From assembly GCA_951406725.2 (NCBI GenBank), contig OX597825.1:44206001-44270000 (forward strand): 64,000 nt of DNA, read 5' to 3'. Under the pieces are notes generated by a model. The model was given only the letters and a program-made list of their open reading frames with translations. It searched no databases and was not told the DNA's origin. Within the stretch, counting starts at the first letter, position 1, and each line of letters starts with the position of its first letter. Shown here in pieces: positions 26,536 to 40,566 of the stretch. The DNA is from Octopus vulgaris (lineage: Eukaryota). Both the position numbers and the translations under genes were made by a program.

Positions 26536-26887
26536 GCATATAGGGGAAATATTTAGTAATCAGATAACTATATCTTTTGGCGCGCTCCTTTCTGAGTTTA
26601 ACCATTCAGTGCAGCTTAGCAGCTTGAGGAGACGACAGACATACGACGAAAACTGTGGACAGCAGTTTACTCAAGCTGACCACACAAAAGCAATGAACAG
26701 GAGGTGAACAAGAGACATTATCTTCAAACTCTATCGTTTTTCGTTTGTAATAACGACAGTATTGTTTTTTACGAAAAGAATATTTTGTTCACCAACAATC
26801 TCAACAGATATTAGTGTTCTTCATAGCATATATATAAGCATGTGTATCTCAATATGTTTGTTGTATGTATATACGTATATATATTCA

Positions 26888-26925
<38 letters not shown>

Positions 26926-26943
26926 CGTGTGTCTGTATGTAAA

Positions 26944-27022
<79 letters not shown>

Positions 27023-27517
27023 GTCGCACACGCATGTGTATAAATCATGCATGCATATAACATAAGTTTCTTTAGGAATGGTCTTCACATAAACTGAAGT
27101 CAATTAGCAAGCAATTCAGTTTAGTACGTAATATTGAATTTTCTACTTCAATTTCCAACTGACTCTACTAAATTACGACTAAGGCCGTACATTTTTATTT
27201 TTACGTCCCTATGCAGATACGACGGATACACACCCACTCACTCACACGCGCTCACGCGCTCACGCGTGCACACACGCATACAATCATAAATAATATAAAT
27301 AGTTTAGCGCACAAGTGTGCTATTTATTCTACATGTGTCTATATGGCAATAACTTGTATGTACGTATGTACATATTTACGTATGTATGAATGTATGTATG
27401 TAGGTATGTTTGTAAGTGTATTTGTGTGTGTGACTGTCTGTCTGCCTGTTTGAATGTGTATTTGTGATGCATATGTATTTACGAATGTATGTATATACGT
27501 ACACACACACATATATA

Positions 27518-27557
<40 letters not shown>

Positions 27558-27830
27558 ATATATGCCAAGTGTGTATGTATACATATATCTGCACACACTC
27601 ATAGTCGCATGCGCTCACACACACATATTTTCGTTGTTATAACTATTTACCAATACTACAATCCATATATGAATTATGTGACAATTAAATTTGACTACAC
27701 AAGTGATCCACTCAATAAAGGTGAAGTTTACTTGAAATAATACTTTGCCTTTAGCTATTATCAATTTGATTTTTATACTAAACAGATTAATTCTAGCTAC
27801 GACACACACACTCATATACATGATACGCGT

Positions 27831-27904
<74 letters not shown>

Positions 27905-28155
27905 CACACACACACACGCACACACTTTTACAAGGATTTGTGTATGCATGCTTTATTAAACCAGAATCAGAAAAGTGATGTAGTAGAGCTTATTGTTCAT
28001 TTGCTGGAAACAGTTAGCTTCAATTTCTTGCTCCTCTGAGATTTCTGCTGGCATTCTTTTGAAGAATCGATTGAGTATTTTAATTGAAAATGTTTTACTG
28101 GATGCATGATTTGTGACAATCTTATTGAATCACTTCAGTGATCAATTTCTTTCAG

Positions 28156-28245
28156 TATGACGCGAGTGGAAACATGTGTGCTGTTGCTACCGTTATATTC
28201 CTGCTGTTGCGACTGGCACTTTCCTGCACTTACAAACCTATGGAT
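28156..28245 (+). CDS. Candidate host-gene exon encoding a signal peptide (MCAVATVIFLLLRLALSCTYKPMD)
   Basis: Acceptor tttctttcag| at 28155, aacATG at 28174, hydrophobic core followed by small residues, donor |gttagt at 28246 (phase 0); apparently unique sequence. Confidence 0.3.
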
Positions 28246-29009
28246 GTTAGTGTTTCTGTTTATAGGTGGAAAAAAGTATTTGACAAAGAAACTGTTACAC
28301 CACTATTTTCATATTATCTCAGATATTTTTTCTGTTTAGAATGATGATCGGTTGTATAATCGAGTGTGTGTGTCTGTGTGTGTATCTGTGTGTGTCCGTG
28401 TGTCCGTGTGTATGTGTGTGTATATATATACATATATATATACGTATATATACACACATTCATACATACATGCATACTTACATATGTGCATACATACATA
28501 CATACATACATACATACATGCATACACACATACATAATACATACATACATACATGTTTATGTGTATATACATGTCTATATTTTTTCCGAATTTGTGTAAA
28601 CGTGTATAGAGCAATATATCAGTTGAATAAAGTTAAATCATGGACCGGTTTTCACGTTTTTTATTATGGTATTTTAAAAAAATATTTTTTTTACAATGTT
28701 GAAGTATGTTAAACATTAAAAAATATTTTGTAATGTTTATAAAGTTCAATTAGCGCTTTCATACGTTCGTAGTAATCATCAGATTTCAAAATATATTTAA
28801 CTGACTGTTGAGTTCTTAACAGTTGTAGTAAAATGACTGACTTCTCCATTTTTGTGCCTCTTAGAAAGCCGATTAGAAACATCACCGTAAACTGCGCATA
28901 TTTCTTTGGTTGCTTGTGAGGCATTTTTCCCTTTACGGAAAAAGAAAAGCATCAAGTGCCGAAAATGAACTTTCTTGTCTTCCCTTTTAAAGGGTTACAG
29001 AATAAACAC

Positions 29010-29164
29010 AGGTTATAGGAACATAAACCTTCTTCTACGAAAAGATAGCTTAAACTGTGCTCTAGATGGAAGTGTAGTCAAATCCTATTTTATGGACTCA
29101 ACCATGTTCTAAAATAAGTCGAAAGCTACTATAAATCGGCACGAACTTTCCGGACAACCCAATA
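29010..29164 (+). mobile_element. Mariner 3' end and TIR fragment
   Basis: Degenerate FY..I.KL..RW C-terminus and terminus atcggcacgaactttccggacaacccaata followed by TA. Confidence 0.55.
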
Positions 29165-29309
29165 TATACATACATAGATACATATATATATATATATATG
29201 CACATACATATATGGATACGTATATACATATACACATATATATGTATACGTAGATGTGCGTCTGCGTGTGTGTGTGTTTGTGCGTTTGTGTGAGTGTATA
29301 TATATATAT

Positions 29310-29383
<74 letters not shown>

Positions 29384-29899
29384 TTAAATACGATAATCGT
29401 TGAAGCAATATTTTTATTCTTTTGACAAAACATTAGTTTATTAAACTAATGGTTCCATAGGGCATTGGAAGGCGTTCTGTCATCTGATAGCGAGTATATC
29501 GATCGGGTAATTTCTTCCACCTAAAAGCATTATACTAGAATTAGCATAGCTCCGTTCATCATAATAGCGTACAACAGCGGTAGTAGATAGAATTCTACTT
29601 GTAACAAACTACTAGAGTTTGATCATTGAAGTCAATCAATAAGAATATTGTCAGAAAGTATGCATCCAATAATACCTTTACAATTAACATGTTCATGTTC
29701 AATGATACCTTGAAAGAATGCCTGAAAAGAAATCTCAACAAATTGCAGCTCGATTTCCAACAAATGAACAAATAAATTCTGCCACAATAGAAAAAATGCT
29801 TGTACTTGGCGGTTTGCACTTGTTTGAAGTACAGAAACAGTTGATAATATAGAAACAATGGTAGCAATACTTTGAAAAATCATACGGCTACAATAACGC

Positions 29900-30430
29900 A
29901 TTCTTAAAAACCGAGGGTGGGATTATATTGCATTACAATTTAACTAAAATATTTGAAGCTATAACATCAATATATTAATTTCGATCAAATGAATATGTTT
30001 TAGAATGTATGCTATAAGTATTTAATCTTATTTCATATGTCGAATACTAGTTGTTAAGCAGAAGACCAGCAACTACAAGATGTTCTAAGTAAGTATTGTT
30101 TTCTCATTTCTTTCGCTGCCCGTAGCAGGATTATAGCAGCTCAATAGAGCAAGCTAAAGAAACAATTATCACTTTATGCAATTTAGCAGATACATTTACT
30201 TTTCCTATTCTCAATGAAGTCGATTATGCCAATGAAAGGTATCTCCGGATACTCAACTACAACAGCAATGCGCAATACATATTCTTCTACAGGTTGTCCA
30301 ATGCTCAATGGATTTAGACAAACTATCATATTTCTGTTTGATAAAATTTGACATGTGAATGAAATATTCTTTTAAATATCACCTGGTTAAGCAATAACTT
30401 ATTCATATAATACATTGATGTCTAACATAG
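29900..30430 (+). pseudogene. Possible decayed hAT (Charlie/Buster-type) transposase
   Basis: Degenerate RWLSRG-like (tagttgttaagcagaaga) and LCNLADTF...ILNEV (cf. LAYL.DIF..LNE) motifs in the correct order. Confidence 0.4.
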
Positions 30431-30474
30431 ACATGATACCAGTTTAGCAGATAAACTAATTTTTAATATTGATA

Positions 30475-31018
30475 TCAAATTTTGGCATTACATCGATCCA
30501 GTGTTCAACTGGTACTCATCACCTCGAAAGAGTGAAAGGCAAAGTCGGCCTTGAACCAATTATTAATATTAACATATGGAAAAGACAGCGAGCTGAAGAA
30601 TCGTTAGCACGCCGAGCAAAATGCTTGGCGTAATTTATTCGTCTGCACATTCTGATTTCAAGTTCCACTAAGGTCGACTTTGCATTTCATCCTTTCGGGG
30701 TCATTAAAATAAGTACCAGTTAAGCACTGGGGACGATGTAATCGACTCACATCCTTCCCCAAACTTGCTGGCCTTGTGCCAAAATTTGAAACCAATATTC
30801 GCATATGGCGAACTGGCAGAATTGTTAGCGCACTGGAAAAATGCTTAGCAGTATTTCATCCGACTTTACGTTCTGAGTTCGAATTCAGCCGATGTCGGCT
30901 ATGCTTTTCATCCTTTTGGGGGTTGATGAAATAATTGCCATTTGAACACTGGGGCTGATGTAATCAACTTCGTTTCCCCACTGAAATTGTTGGACTTCTG
31001 CCAAGATTTGAAACCAAT
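30475..31018 (+). mobile_element. Cluster of SINE family A: minus fragment 30475-30555, full copies 30584-30797 and 30807-31018
   Basis: Two head-to-tail copies with A/B boxes, central domain and aaatttgaaaccaat-type tails. Confidence 0.85.
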
Positions 31019-32683
31019 TTTAGCATATGGCTAGTTTAATGATGCGATATATTGCTCCGACATCTAGCATTTTCTTTTTACTGCCGCATGATCTAAAAAT
31101 TTATTACTTAACTATTATTCGTATAATCCTTTAGTATATTTACAAACAATTTCTTAATAATAGTCGTCTCGTTTTGACTTTAAATCTATTTCATGTCTAT
31201 TGATATAGTAAAATATTTTATTTCATATTTTTTGTTTCGTTTGCATAACATCGAATAAAAAAAGGAGTTTTACATTATTGACTTGAATAAATCGACATAT
31301 TTATACATTCAAATACTGTTGCTGATGGAGTAGCGCGCGCGCGCACACACACACACACACACAGACACACCTAGAAAACAGTTAAAACTATGCTTGTTGT
31401 TCAGTCCTACCATTTCGACATGCAGTGTTTAGAAATGCAGATTCAGTACGAATGTTAATGAAAATTAAACAAATATGTTTAAATAAAGGATCGCTATTCA
31501 GGCTTTGTTTTTCTACTAATCATGATTGTGACAAATTTCCGAAAAAAATAATGTAATTGTAGTGAACATATCTTCGTAACATTTTGCATTTTGTATAACT
31601 GCTTTCGTTTTCCGTATAGGATACAGCGTTATTAAGAAGCTGCATTTTAAAAAGGGAAAAAGAGTATATAAAAATAAACACACACACACACACATATTTA
31701 TATTTATATTACCTTGCTCAGCACATGTATAAGTAATTTAGATTAACCGGGTTGAGTCGGTTTTGCAGTTACAGAATAGATATAGAAGCAGTTGATCTAT
31801 AGCAGTGAACCTGAATAAAAGCAGTGGCATACAATCTTATGGTGGTTGGATATTCTAAATGATAAGAATAATGGTAAGGGTGAAAAGAAGCTTAGAATAT
31901 CTGTCAATTTCTTAGATTTTTAGAATGAAATATTCAGATGCTGAAAAATCACATTCAAATTTATGCTAATTTAAAGCTAAGTATGATTTTCAATATGATT
32001 TTCCTTCTGAGAAGATGTCTAATCTTAAATGTCTTCTGAAAAGGTAAAAGTGATTGAACCTTATTTGCAGATTCCTTTTCTGCATTTAATTGTTTCAAAT
32101 ACCGATCTATATGCATGCGTATGTAAATTATTACCGAAGAAATAAACTGAAATTATACAGTAAACTGATTAAAATTACTCTTAAACATTTGACCAAAATG
32201 TAAAATTAATTGTCATTACCAAGTATATTAGAAAGTGCCAAGTTTCCAAGTTTCAGTAAAAGAAAAAATGTTAAGTCGAGCATATCGTATCCCAGATAAG
32301 TGCCATTAACTTGAAAGGCAAATGTTCCATTAACATATGTATCTGTCTCTTCACTATTGCTCTCATAATTACCATTGCTCTCTTTAACTCGCTGCCTCTA
32401 TGCTACTCCTACGAAAATTCACCCAATACATATGTATTTTCTTTTCCGTCATTCCAATTGAATTTCCATCAAGACAACCTCTCCTGTACACTAATCCAAT
32501 TCCTCTTGCACCTTGAAACACCTTTATCAATGAATTCCTACGAAGTGAATCATAGAAATAAATTAGTTATCCTTATGTCCCATTTTAGTTTAGACACATA
32601 CAGACGTGTATTGATTCTCTGCCTTATTTTGTACTTTCTCTTCATCCTCGTATTAACAACTAGCATTATTCTCTCTACTGCAA

Positions 32684-32880
32684 GGCGGCCAGCTGGTAGA
32701 AAAGTTAGCGCACTAGGCGAAATGCTTAGCGGTATTTCGTCTGTCTTTGCATTCTGAGTTCAAATTCCGTCGAGGTCGACTTTGCCATTCATCCTATTGG
32801 GATCGATAAATTAAGTACCAGTTGCGTACAGGGGCCTCCTCCTCCCCAAAATTTTGGGCCTTGTACCTAGAGTAGAAAAG
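32684..32880 (+). mobile_element. SINE family A with 16-bp TSD
   Basis: ggcggccagctggtagaaaagttagc...; TSD attattctctct(a/g)ctg at 32665-32680 and 32881-32896. Confidence 0.9.
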
Positions 32881-33411
32881 ATTATTCTCTCTGCTGGTGA
32901 TTTAGTGTACTACTTTAGATGTTATGGTGTATCTCTGCAAGAAATATGATATATGATTACATAAAAAAGCAAGGTAAGATTTTATTTGAAAGGATTTAAA
33001 AGTATTTGAAGAATATCGTGATATCCCATTCTAATATGAAATATTAAAAGATATTATAGATACCTTACAAAACAAAGAAAAAAGCATTTGTTTTTTCATT
33101 GTGACTTATGGTAGTTTCATTCCATCATGTATCGCGATTTATAAATTTAACAGAGTTTCTTTTTTAAACTTATAATGGTCAAAAAAAGAAAATTTATTTT
33201 GTAAAATTTATATCATCTCTTCACAGCTTAAGCTTGTCTGCGTAGCATATTGCTTTGTACAATCTGTTAAAAAAACAAGTTGCTTCGTTCTTGCTTCTTT
33301 TTTTATTAATTTTCTATTGTGGATAAACCCGTTAATCAATCATACTTTTATTACTAAATAGTATTGCATTCTCAATGCGCTTAATTTATAAAGATTACCC
33401 CCTCTCTCTCC

Positions 33412-33454
<43 letters not shown>

Positions 33455-33469
33455 GGTTCGAGTGTTGGG

Positions 33470-33725
33470 CTGGGATGTATCTTCAATGATACTTACCAAA
33501 GCCAGTCTTACAGGCACCCTATTATAATGGAGTGTTGCCCTGTTGAAGATATCCCTACTTGCCGATAGAGTGGGGATTATTTTGTTTATACCTATGATTA
33601 AGTTTTAGATTACAGTGAGAGGCGTAAATCTCTTGTTTCTTCGTTTGCCTTTCAGTATGGGTTGTAATTACTTGTCTTGAGGTCTAGAATGACATCTAAG
33701 TATTTAACCATTGTCAAACCATGAG
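33470..33725 (-). pseudogene. Decayed PLE reverse-transcriptase thumb fragment
   Basis: MVKYLDVILDLKTSNYNPY resembles the PLE motif V.FLDVTLDL....Y.PY. Confidence 0.5.
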
Positions 33726-35122
33726 AGTAGCGTGACCGTTCGTATGGCGTAAAATAAATTGGCCGTCTTTGCTGCACCAGACTGAACTGTGGGGATGTCT
33801 GCGTTACTTTAGAGCATCCAAGATAAATAACCAAATTAGATCAGTGACCACAATCTCGTCGTTGTTTTCACTAAGGATACACCCTGTTAATAAACTTCAA
33901 GTCTACTGAAAATCTACCGCATTCCTAGTTTGCTTACTGACATTTGAATGCTATACGATACCCGTTTAACCACAGTTGGATTATTCATCTTTCCACTTAG
34001 TTTGTTTTCACTCGGTTATTACACCACGCAAACTTATATGTAATCTGACACCACTAAACCTGTTATGTGGTACGTTGTTGAACTATCAAATCCGATAGAG
34101 CACCAACTACTCGACTCCGTTATACTGCCTTTTGTATCATATAGAGCATATAATGAAATCAACTGTTATCGCTCTTTAGCGAAGGAAAGGGTAGCCACGT
34201 TGTCTGAACTGAAAAGTAGGAGCTAGCCACCGTCCAATTGTAGGAAATCATTCCCTTTTCAGGCTCTCCTATATGAGACTTAATGACCACTATCCTAATT
34301 TTCATTTCGAATGAAATTGCCGTCCCCTGAGTGCAAGATAGGCATGGTGAGAAAACGCATTCTCGATGCAACCAACTCTGATATCAGATAGGATACATGG
34401 TTGATTCAGTTGGACTTCATTGCCACTGCAGTTAACTGGTTCTTCAACATCAGTAAGAACGCAGGTATCAAATTCACCCGCTAATTGTGGATTTTTACCT
34501 TTAATACATTTATATTCTTCATCCTAAACACCTTAGACCTTGGTACACAGTTTACTAAACATCAGAATCGATCTAAACGTAGGTAAATCACTCTTATTTT
34601 ACGATGATTCCTACTGAATAAAATAAAGGAAGAGTACTGTTGTTCCATGTATCGATGAAGAGCTACAACGGGACATGGTTCTCTAACTTCATTGGGATAT
34701 TTATCCTCATTCCATTAAACGCATACAACTCAAACCACAAGTGCAGCCCTACATTGTAATGATTGCAATATCGAGCTGTATTAACAGCTTCGCCACTTTT
34801 ATGCTTTTACCATGGATGGCTTTAGAGATGTCATTCTTCAACTCAAGACAAGCAAGCACTACCTTATCAAAGCAACTGTGTATATCCATATAACCTTCAA
34901 TCACCATTGTAATTTGTAAGTTAGTCACAGGTATCAACAGAAGTATCTCCACTCTGCTGGTAGACGTAGGTCTTTAACAGGGTCACTGACTTTATAAAAA
35001 TGTACTTATGAAGAAAAACGTTGCTAACAGGCTAGCAGAAATAAAATATAGCTCATCCTTGCTTATAAACAGGATGTGAGCAACAAAGAGAAAGGTACGC
35101 AAAAAATGTGGAAGCACATCGT

Positions 35123-35238
<116 letters not shown>

Positions 35239-35539
35239 GCACACACAACTTATAAAATTGAATTGGACGAGTGGGCAATATTTCGGGAATAGTAAAACAC
35301 GGAGTGCTGGTGTTAGACATAAGATAAATATGAAATTTACAAGCAGTTTTAGAAGGAAATGTTTTCATTTTTCGTTTTTCTGATTACGTAAATAAAGTTA
35401 AAGGGTAAATCATTTCTACTCAGTGCAGAATAAAACACCTGTAAAAATCAAAGTGACCAAGTCAGATAATTCATGTAATTTCGTAAAGAAGTAGGGGCTG
35501 GAAACTGTACAATTGCATTTACCTTTCCCGCCATCGGAC

Positions 35540-36410
35540 GATTACTATTGCTATCAATAATGTGACCCCCAAAATTAAAGATTAAACACCAAATTTACAT
35601 TTCCAGAGTTAATGATTACTCTGCAATGTGCTCAGCTAGTGAAGAGGTGATTTAGACGATGTTTTTGTTCCAATTCCGATGTACTAGCGTTGAATATAAG
35701 CAAAAATGAGTAACTTCATCAGTTAGTCTTTGGAAGGAATTCACAGAATTCGGGGGCCCGAAAGGTATACTAACGAATTCATATAGCCTCAAAAAATGAT
35801 GCAGTAATAGCCGTATTATGAATTCACTCGGTTCAGTGGAAATCCGGTAACAGGCCCGAACTAAATGTATCTTCGAAAAAACAATAGCACCGTGTAAAGA
35901 GGATGAGAAATCTTAAAGGTAGGATATGTATCCGACACCATTTTGATATCCTAAGTGACCTTCGGCCTTTTTGGGAACCACATATAAGGAAAAAGAACAA
36001 TCACTAGAAGAAGGTCGAAAAATACCGAGCTGCAACATGAGGCTAAATACTTCGTAAGCAATTTTCAACTTCCTAAAATGCGAAGCCGAATGCATAAAGA
36101 AACGAGGTCTTTCTCAAAGCTCCAGTTTTTTTACTGAGAATACCTCGATTTTGTCATACTGCTGCCACGTCGTATGAAAGATAAATTCTTCTAAAGAAGT
36201 TTTCCAGTAGTTCCTTTATTCTTCTTATGAGTTGTAAAGGCTTTTTATCTCCTAAGGTTTTATTGTACAAAAGTTGGCCCAAGCGCTTCTGCTGCGAACG
36301 AGCGATACATTTCAGTATTCCTGCTTAATTTCCTGATACGAATTAGTATCTGTGAGAGCAGTAGTTAAGTCTCTGACTTCATCACTGGAAGAATGTTTAT
36401 TAATAAACTA
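35540..36410 (-). pseudogene. Ty3/Gypsy gag-pol remnant, internally deleted
   Basis: MLQLGIFRPSSSDCSFSLYVVPKK; LHGAIVFSKIHLVRA...LYEFVSIPFG (Gypsy RT domains); gag-like DEVRDL...YQEIK upstream. Confidence 0.8.
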
Positions 36411-36429
36411 ACTTATACGACTTCGAATT

Positions 36430-37292
36430 CTACTGGTCCTCCTTCAATCCGATCTGTGCACCAGATACGGGAATGTTCCAGTCTCCACGGGCGATCTTCC
36501 TCTTGGGTATGTCCCATTTAGTCCCGGCACCTTGAGGTACCAGCTCCACAGTTCTTGACCTCTCTTGATCCTGCCAACCTCTGCGTGTAATTCCAATAAC
36601 GTCGCGAAGTTTCAGCATGCTTTCAGCCTGTATGAATGTGGTGCTAGCCACCCATTTTCGTCTGGACCTTCTGATATCTGCATGTCCGACTCTCACATCC
36701 TGGGAGTCTCTGTAGGTTATCACAACTCTATATTTCGCGACTTTGAATTCATCCACTACAGATGACAGAGGAAGTTGTAGCTGTCCAGATTTTATGTACA
36801 GACCTATTGAAGTGAAGCTTGAGGGCACACCTAGCCACTTCGGAGGTATTTATTTACCTTCCTTTCCATCCTTTATACTCTTGTCATTGCAATAACTATA
36901 TGAGCCTTGGAAGCAGTCCGTCTTGGTAGAGACAGGCCTTGTATTTTCCTGATTCCTGATCTTTTAGTCCTTTTCAGTCACTCCTCCGCTTGCTTCTCAG
37001 TATTGGTGACATTCCTTCTGTCTTAGAGCGAATTGTTAAACTTCTTCTCAAAGCATTTGATAGGATTTTCCTTTATTGGTGAAATAGCTTCTCTTGGCTC
37101 CTGTAGCTTGATTTCTTTTGTTAATTTGTCTCTCTTGATCATCATATCCCCAGGTTTCTTGGGCTTAAACTTCATTCTGTCTCTTTTTCGCCTTCATATC
37201 AGTTGTGGTTGTAGGTTGTCATTGTAAGATCATCCATGAAACTCCTCATTGGATATTGTTGGCTGCCTGATTCAGCAGCTGTTATGAGGAGA
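36430..37292 (-). pseudogene. Hero-like (RT-RLE) non-LTR retrotransposon remnant
   Basis: PMRSFMDDLTM, RMKFKPKK, WLGVPSSFTSIGLY..SGQLQLPLSSVVDEFKVAK...RDSQD...RKW motifs. Confidence 0.75.
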
Positions 37293-37497
37293 CTCGTTAC
37301 AGACAGACAGACACACACACACACATACGCACGCACGCGCACACACACATACACACACACTCACGCACACACACTCACACACACACACACACACACACAA
37401 TGACTCTCCTCATAACAGCTGCTATTTTAAGACAAGCTCATTGGCTAATCGCGACACCAGCGCCTGTTGAGACACTGTCTTTCTACATATCACTGTT

Positions 37498-37611
37498 GGG
37501 GAGATGAGTAGCTGCTACCTCTAGTAGTCGAGCATTCTATCATTGATAAGAATGAAAAAGGTTGAGATCACGTGATCTCAGTGCTAGAGGTGGCAGGGAT
37601 TTATCTCCTCG
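37498..37611. other. Branched hairpin (MITE-like or structured element)
   Basis: Outer stem ggagatga..ctgctacctctagta / tgctagaggtggcag..ttatctcc enclosing cattct...agaatg and the perfect palindrome tgagatcacgtgatctca. Confidence 0.55.
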
Positions 37612-37879
37612 CTAGCAATAGAAACAAGTGTGCATTGCCCACCAAAAACCAACATGAGAGTTTCTTTCATGGTATCTACCACAGTATAGTTTGTTCTAAC
37701 AAAACATCCGCGTTTTTAAGTGGAGATAAACATTACCTCTATCTGTCCCTCACCCTCTCTCTCTTTCACACACACACACACACACTCTCTCTCTCTTTGT
37801 ATATACATACACACGCATACACACAAGCAGAAAGTATCACACAAGCACAGACTAACACACACACACACACATATGACTA

Positions 37880-38000
37880 TATGTAAAGTACTAGACTTAC
37901 AAAAAACGTGCTAGGGTTGATTTCTTTTACTAAAATCTTTCAAAGCGGTGCCCCAGCATGGTCGCAGTCACATGTATGAAACAAGTGAAAACAAGATAAA
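37880..38000 (+). mobile_element. SINE family B tail fragment
   Basis: aagtactagacttacaaa...agcggtgccccagcatggtcgcagtca..tgaaacaagt. Confidence 0.7.
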
Positions 38001-38633
38001 ATATGTACGTATGTTTGAATGCATGTGTATGTGTGATTGTCTCTGTCTGCGTACGCGCGTGTATTTCCTTTGTGCGTTAGACATTGTGGAATAATGAGAA
38101 AATAAATGAATGATCATAATGAGTAAAGGCATGTACGATTCCAATGGTGCGTATTCGAATGAATTGATAAATTTCTTAACATTTCGAAAAAGACTGATGG
38201 CAGAAACAGATACAGAACATGCTCATGCAGTATTTAGTTATGTGCTTTATATTCCGAGTTCAAAACTGATAATGATCTTTGATCTTCTTGTGTGTAGTAA
38301 ATAGCTTATACTTAAATACTGGAATCGATTAAACCACCCCGAATTCGTGACTCTGAGTCAGTCTCAGAGAACATTTTCACTACTGAAAGGCAATGCCATA
38401 GCAGAAATGTTAGAATGCTAGACAAAATGCCCTTCAGTTTTTATTTACCTCTCCCTACCGTCTGAATTCACGAGATATTGACGTAAATATAAGTTAAGTA
38501 TTTTATTGAATCCTAATAACTAAACCATATCTCGTATTTGCATTAATCCAAAACAAAAACCTTCAATATTTTGCTTAAGATACATACTGAGAAGGGAATC
38601 ACAAGTTTAACTGCAAACAGCTTACATTGATTA

Positions 38634-40566
38634 CACTGGTCTGCGTGATTTTTTTATTAGTTGTATGGTATCTTTTTCTGAATATATATGAAAAATAATG
38701 AGTGTTTTAAATTCATCTCTGTCACATCAGGCTGTCAAGTTTTACGGAGATGTTACTTTTCTCTTCTGTATAACATAAGTAAATGATAAATTAAAATGCT
38801 TACCTTATATTGACTTAAATGTTAAATATAATATAGTTTTCTTTAGTTTCAATCTGTGAATATGTCTAAAGGCTGCGTCAATTCACCAGATATATTCTGC
38901 TGTCAGTGGGCAATTCACCCCTTCAGATTCCCGGAGCAATATTACTCCTTTGTTGAAGCGCTGCTATTTAGCATATTTTGGCTGCAGACTGGGAGACCAG
39001 GACAAGCCAGTTGCACCCCACAAAGCTTGCAAGAGTTGCATCAGTAAGATTCAAATGTGGTCAGTTTGAAAACTTAAAAGTATGCCCTTTGGAGTACCAA
39101 TAGTATGGCAGGAGAAAATGAAACACTATGATGACTGCTACTTTGGATTCAACAAGAAGACTAAGGATCGCATAATATACCCAAATATTCCTTCAGCAAT
39201 AAAGCCTGTTCCACACTCAGATGATATTCCTGCACCTGTGCAACCTGAGACACGGGAAATTTTATCAGAGTGTGATTCTAGTGATACTTATGAGATGGAA
39301 GCAGAATATGAGCCACCAACAAATGACAACCCTAAATTCTTCAACTACGTTGTGCTCAGTGACTTGGTTAGAGACCTTAACCTTCCAAAAGAAAGTGCAC
39401 AGTTATTTGGCTCTAGACTGCAAGAACACAAGCTTCTAGCTCCTGGAACAACATTCTCTTGGTACTGTCATCATGAAGCGGATTTCACTCAGCTCTTTGA
39501 GAAAGAGGATTCTTTAGTTTTCTGTTCAAATATTTCTGGCCTTATTGAATACATGGGGATCGTAAAAAGCAGATGAATGGAGGCTCTTCCTTGATTCTTC
39601 TAGGCAGTTCTTCTCTACAATGACAACATAGCTGCATCTGTGCCAATTGGCAATAGCGTCTAAATGCTAGAAACTTACGAAAATATGAAGATAATAATAA
39701 TCATAATTTTTTCATGTGTGGTGATTTAAAAGTTATTGCTCTCCTAGTAGGTATTCAAGAGAGATACACTAAGTATCCCTGTTTTCTGTGTCTTTGGGAT
39801 AGTAGGGCAGAGAGCCAGCATTATGAACAAAATGATTGGCCACCAAGAAACAGCTTCTTACTCCGAAATCACAACGTGAAATCTGTGCCACTAGTTGATC
39901 CCCCCAAATTCTGCTGCCACCACTCCACATCAAATTAGGGCTTACGAAAAATTTTGCGAAGATCTTGAACAAGAATGGATCTGCTTTCAAGTATCTGGAG
40001 TCAAAGTTTTCTGGTATAAATGAAGATAAGCTGAAAGCAAGAATCTTTGTTGACCCTCAGATTCGGGAATTGATGAGGGACAAGCATTTTGAGGAAGCAT
40101 CAAGAAGTTCCATCAAGATATTTGCACCATGGAAACTCGATACAAGGGCAGATGGAATGTCAAATTGATGGTGGATTACTGCTGGTCATTGAAACGTAAT
40201 GGTCCCGATGCACAACACAAGCAGAAATCAAAGCGGTCCTCCTTCCTTTGAATCAACAACCATTAGGAGCATATTCTTTTTACATTAATTTGCTTTGATG
40301 TTGATAATTCTGATTCATTTCATGATGAACGTGGTTCATTTCAAAACTAACAAAATGTGCTTTTCCTTGATTACTTGATCCATTTTGATAAAGTAACGAT
40401 TTATTAAAAATTCACATTTTTTTTTATTATTATTAATTTGTATTTTATTCAATATCCTTATCTAACAGAGCAAAATGGTTTAGATATTTAAAATCAGCGC
40501 CCCAAGAATATGTAACATTACATCCATGAATAAAAATATTAAAAAAATCCCAAATGCAGACCAGTG
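38634..40566 (+). mobile_element. Chapaev3 (CMC superfamily) DNA transposon, both ends present, transposase disrupted
   Basis: TIR cactggtctgc/gcagaccagtg, 3-bp TTA TSD; CVNSPDIFC, MPFGVPIVW..HYDDCYF, LSDLVRDLNLPKE, WRLFLDSS, CGDLKV...TKYPCFLCLWDSR, LPPLHIKLGL motifs. Confidence 0.9.

Noticed and set aside
34640-34960. Possible exon or ORF (34749-34952)
   Set aside because: No recognisable domain or convincing splice-site pair.
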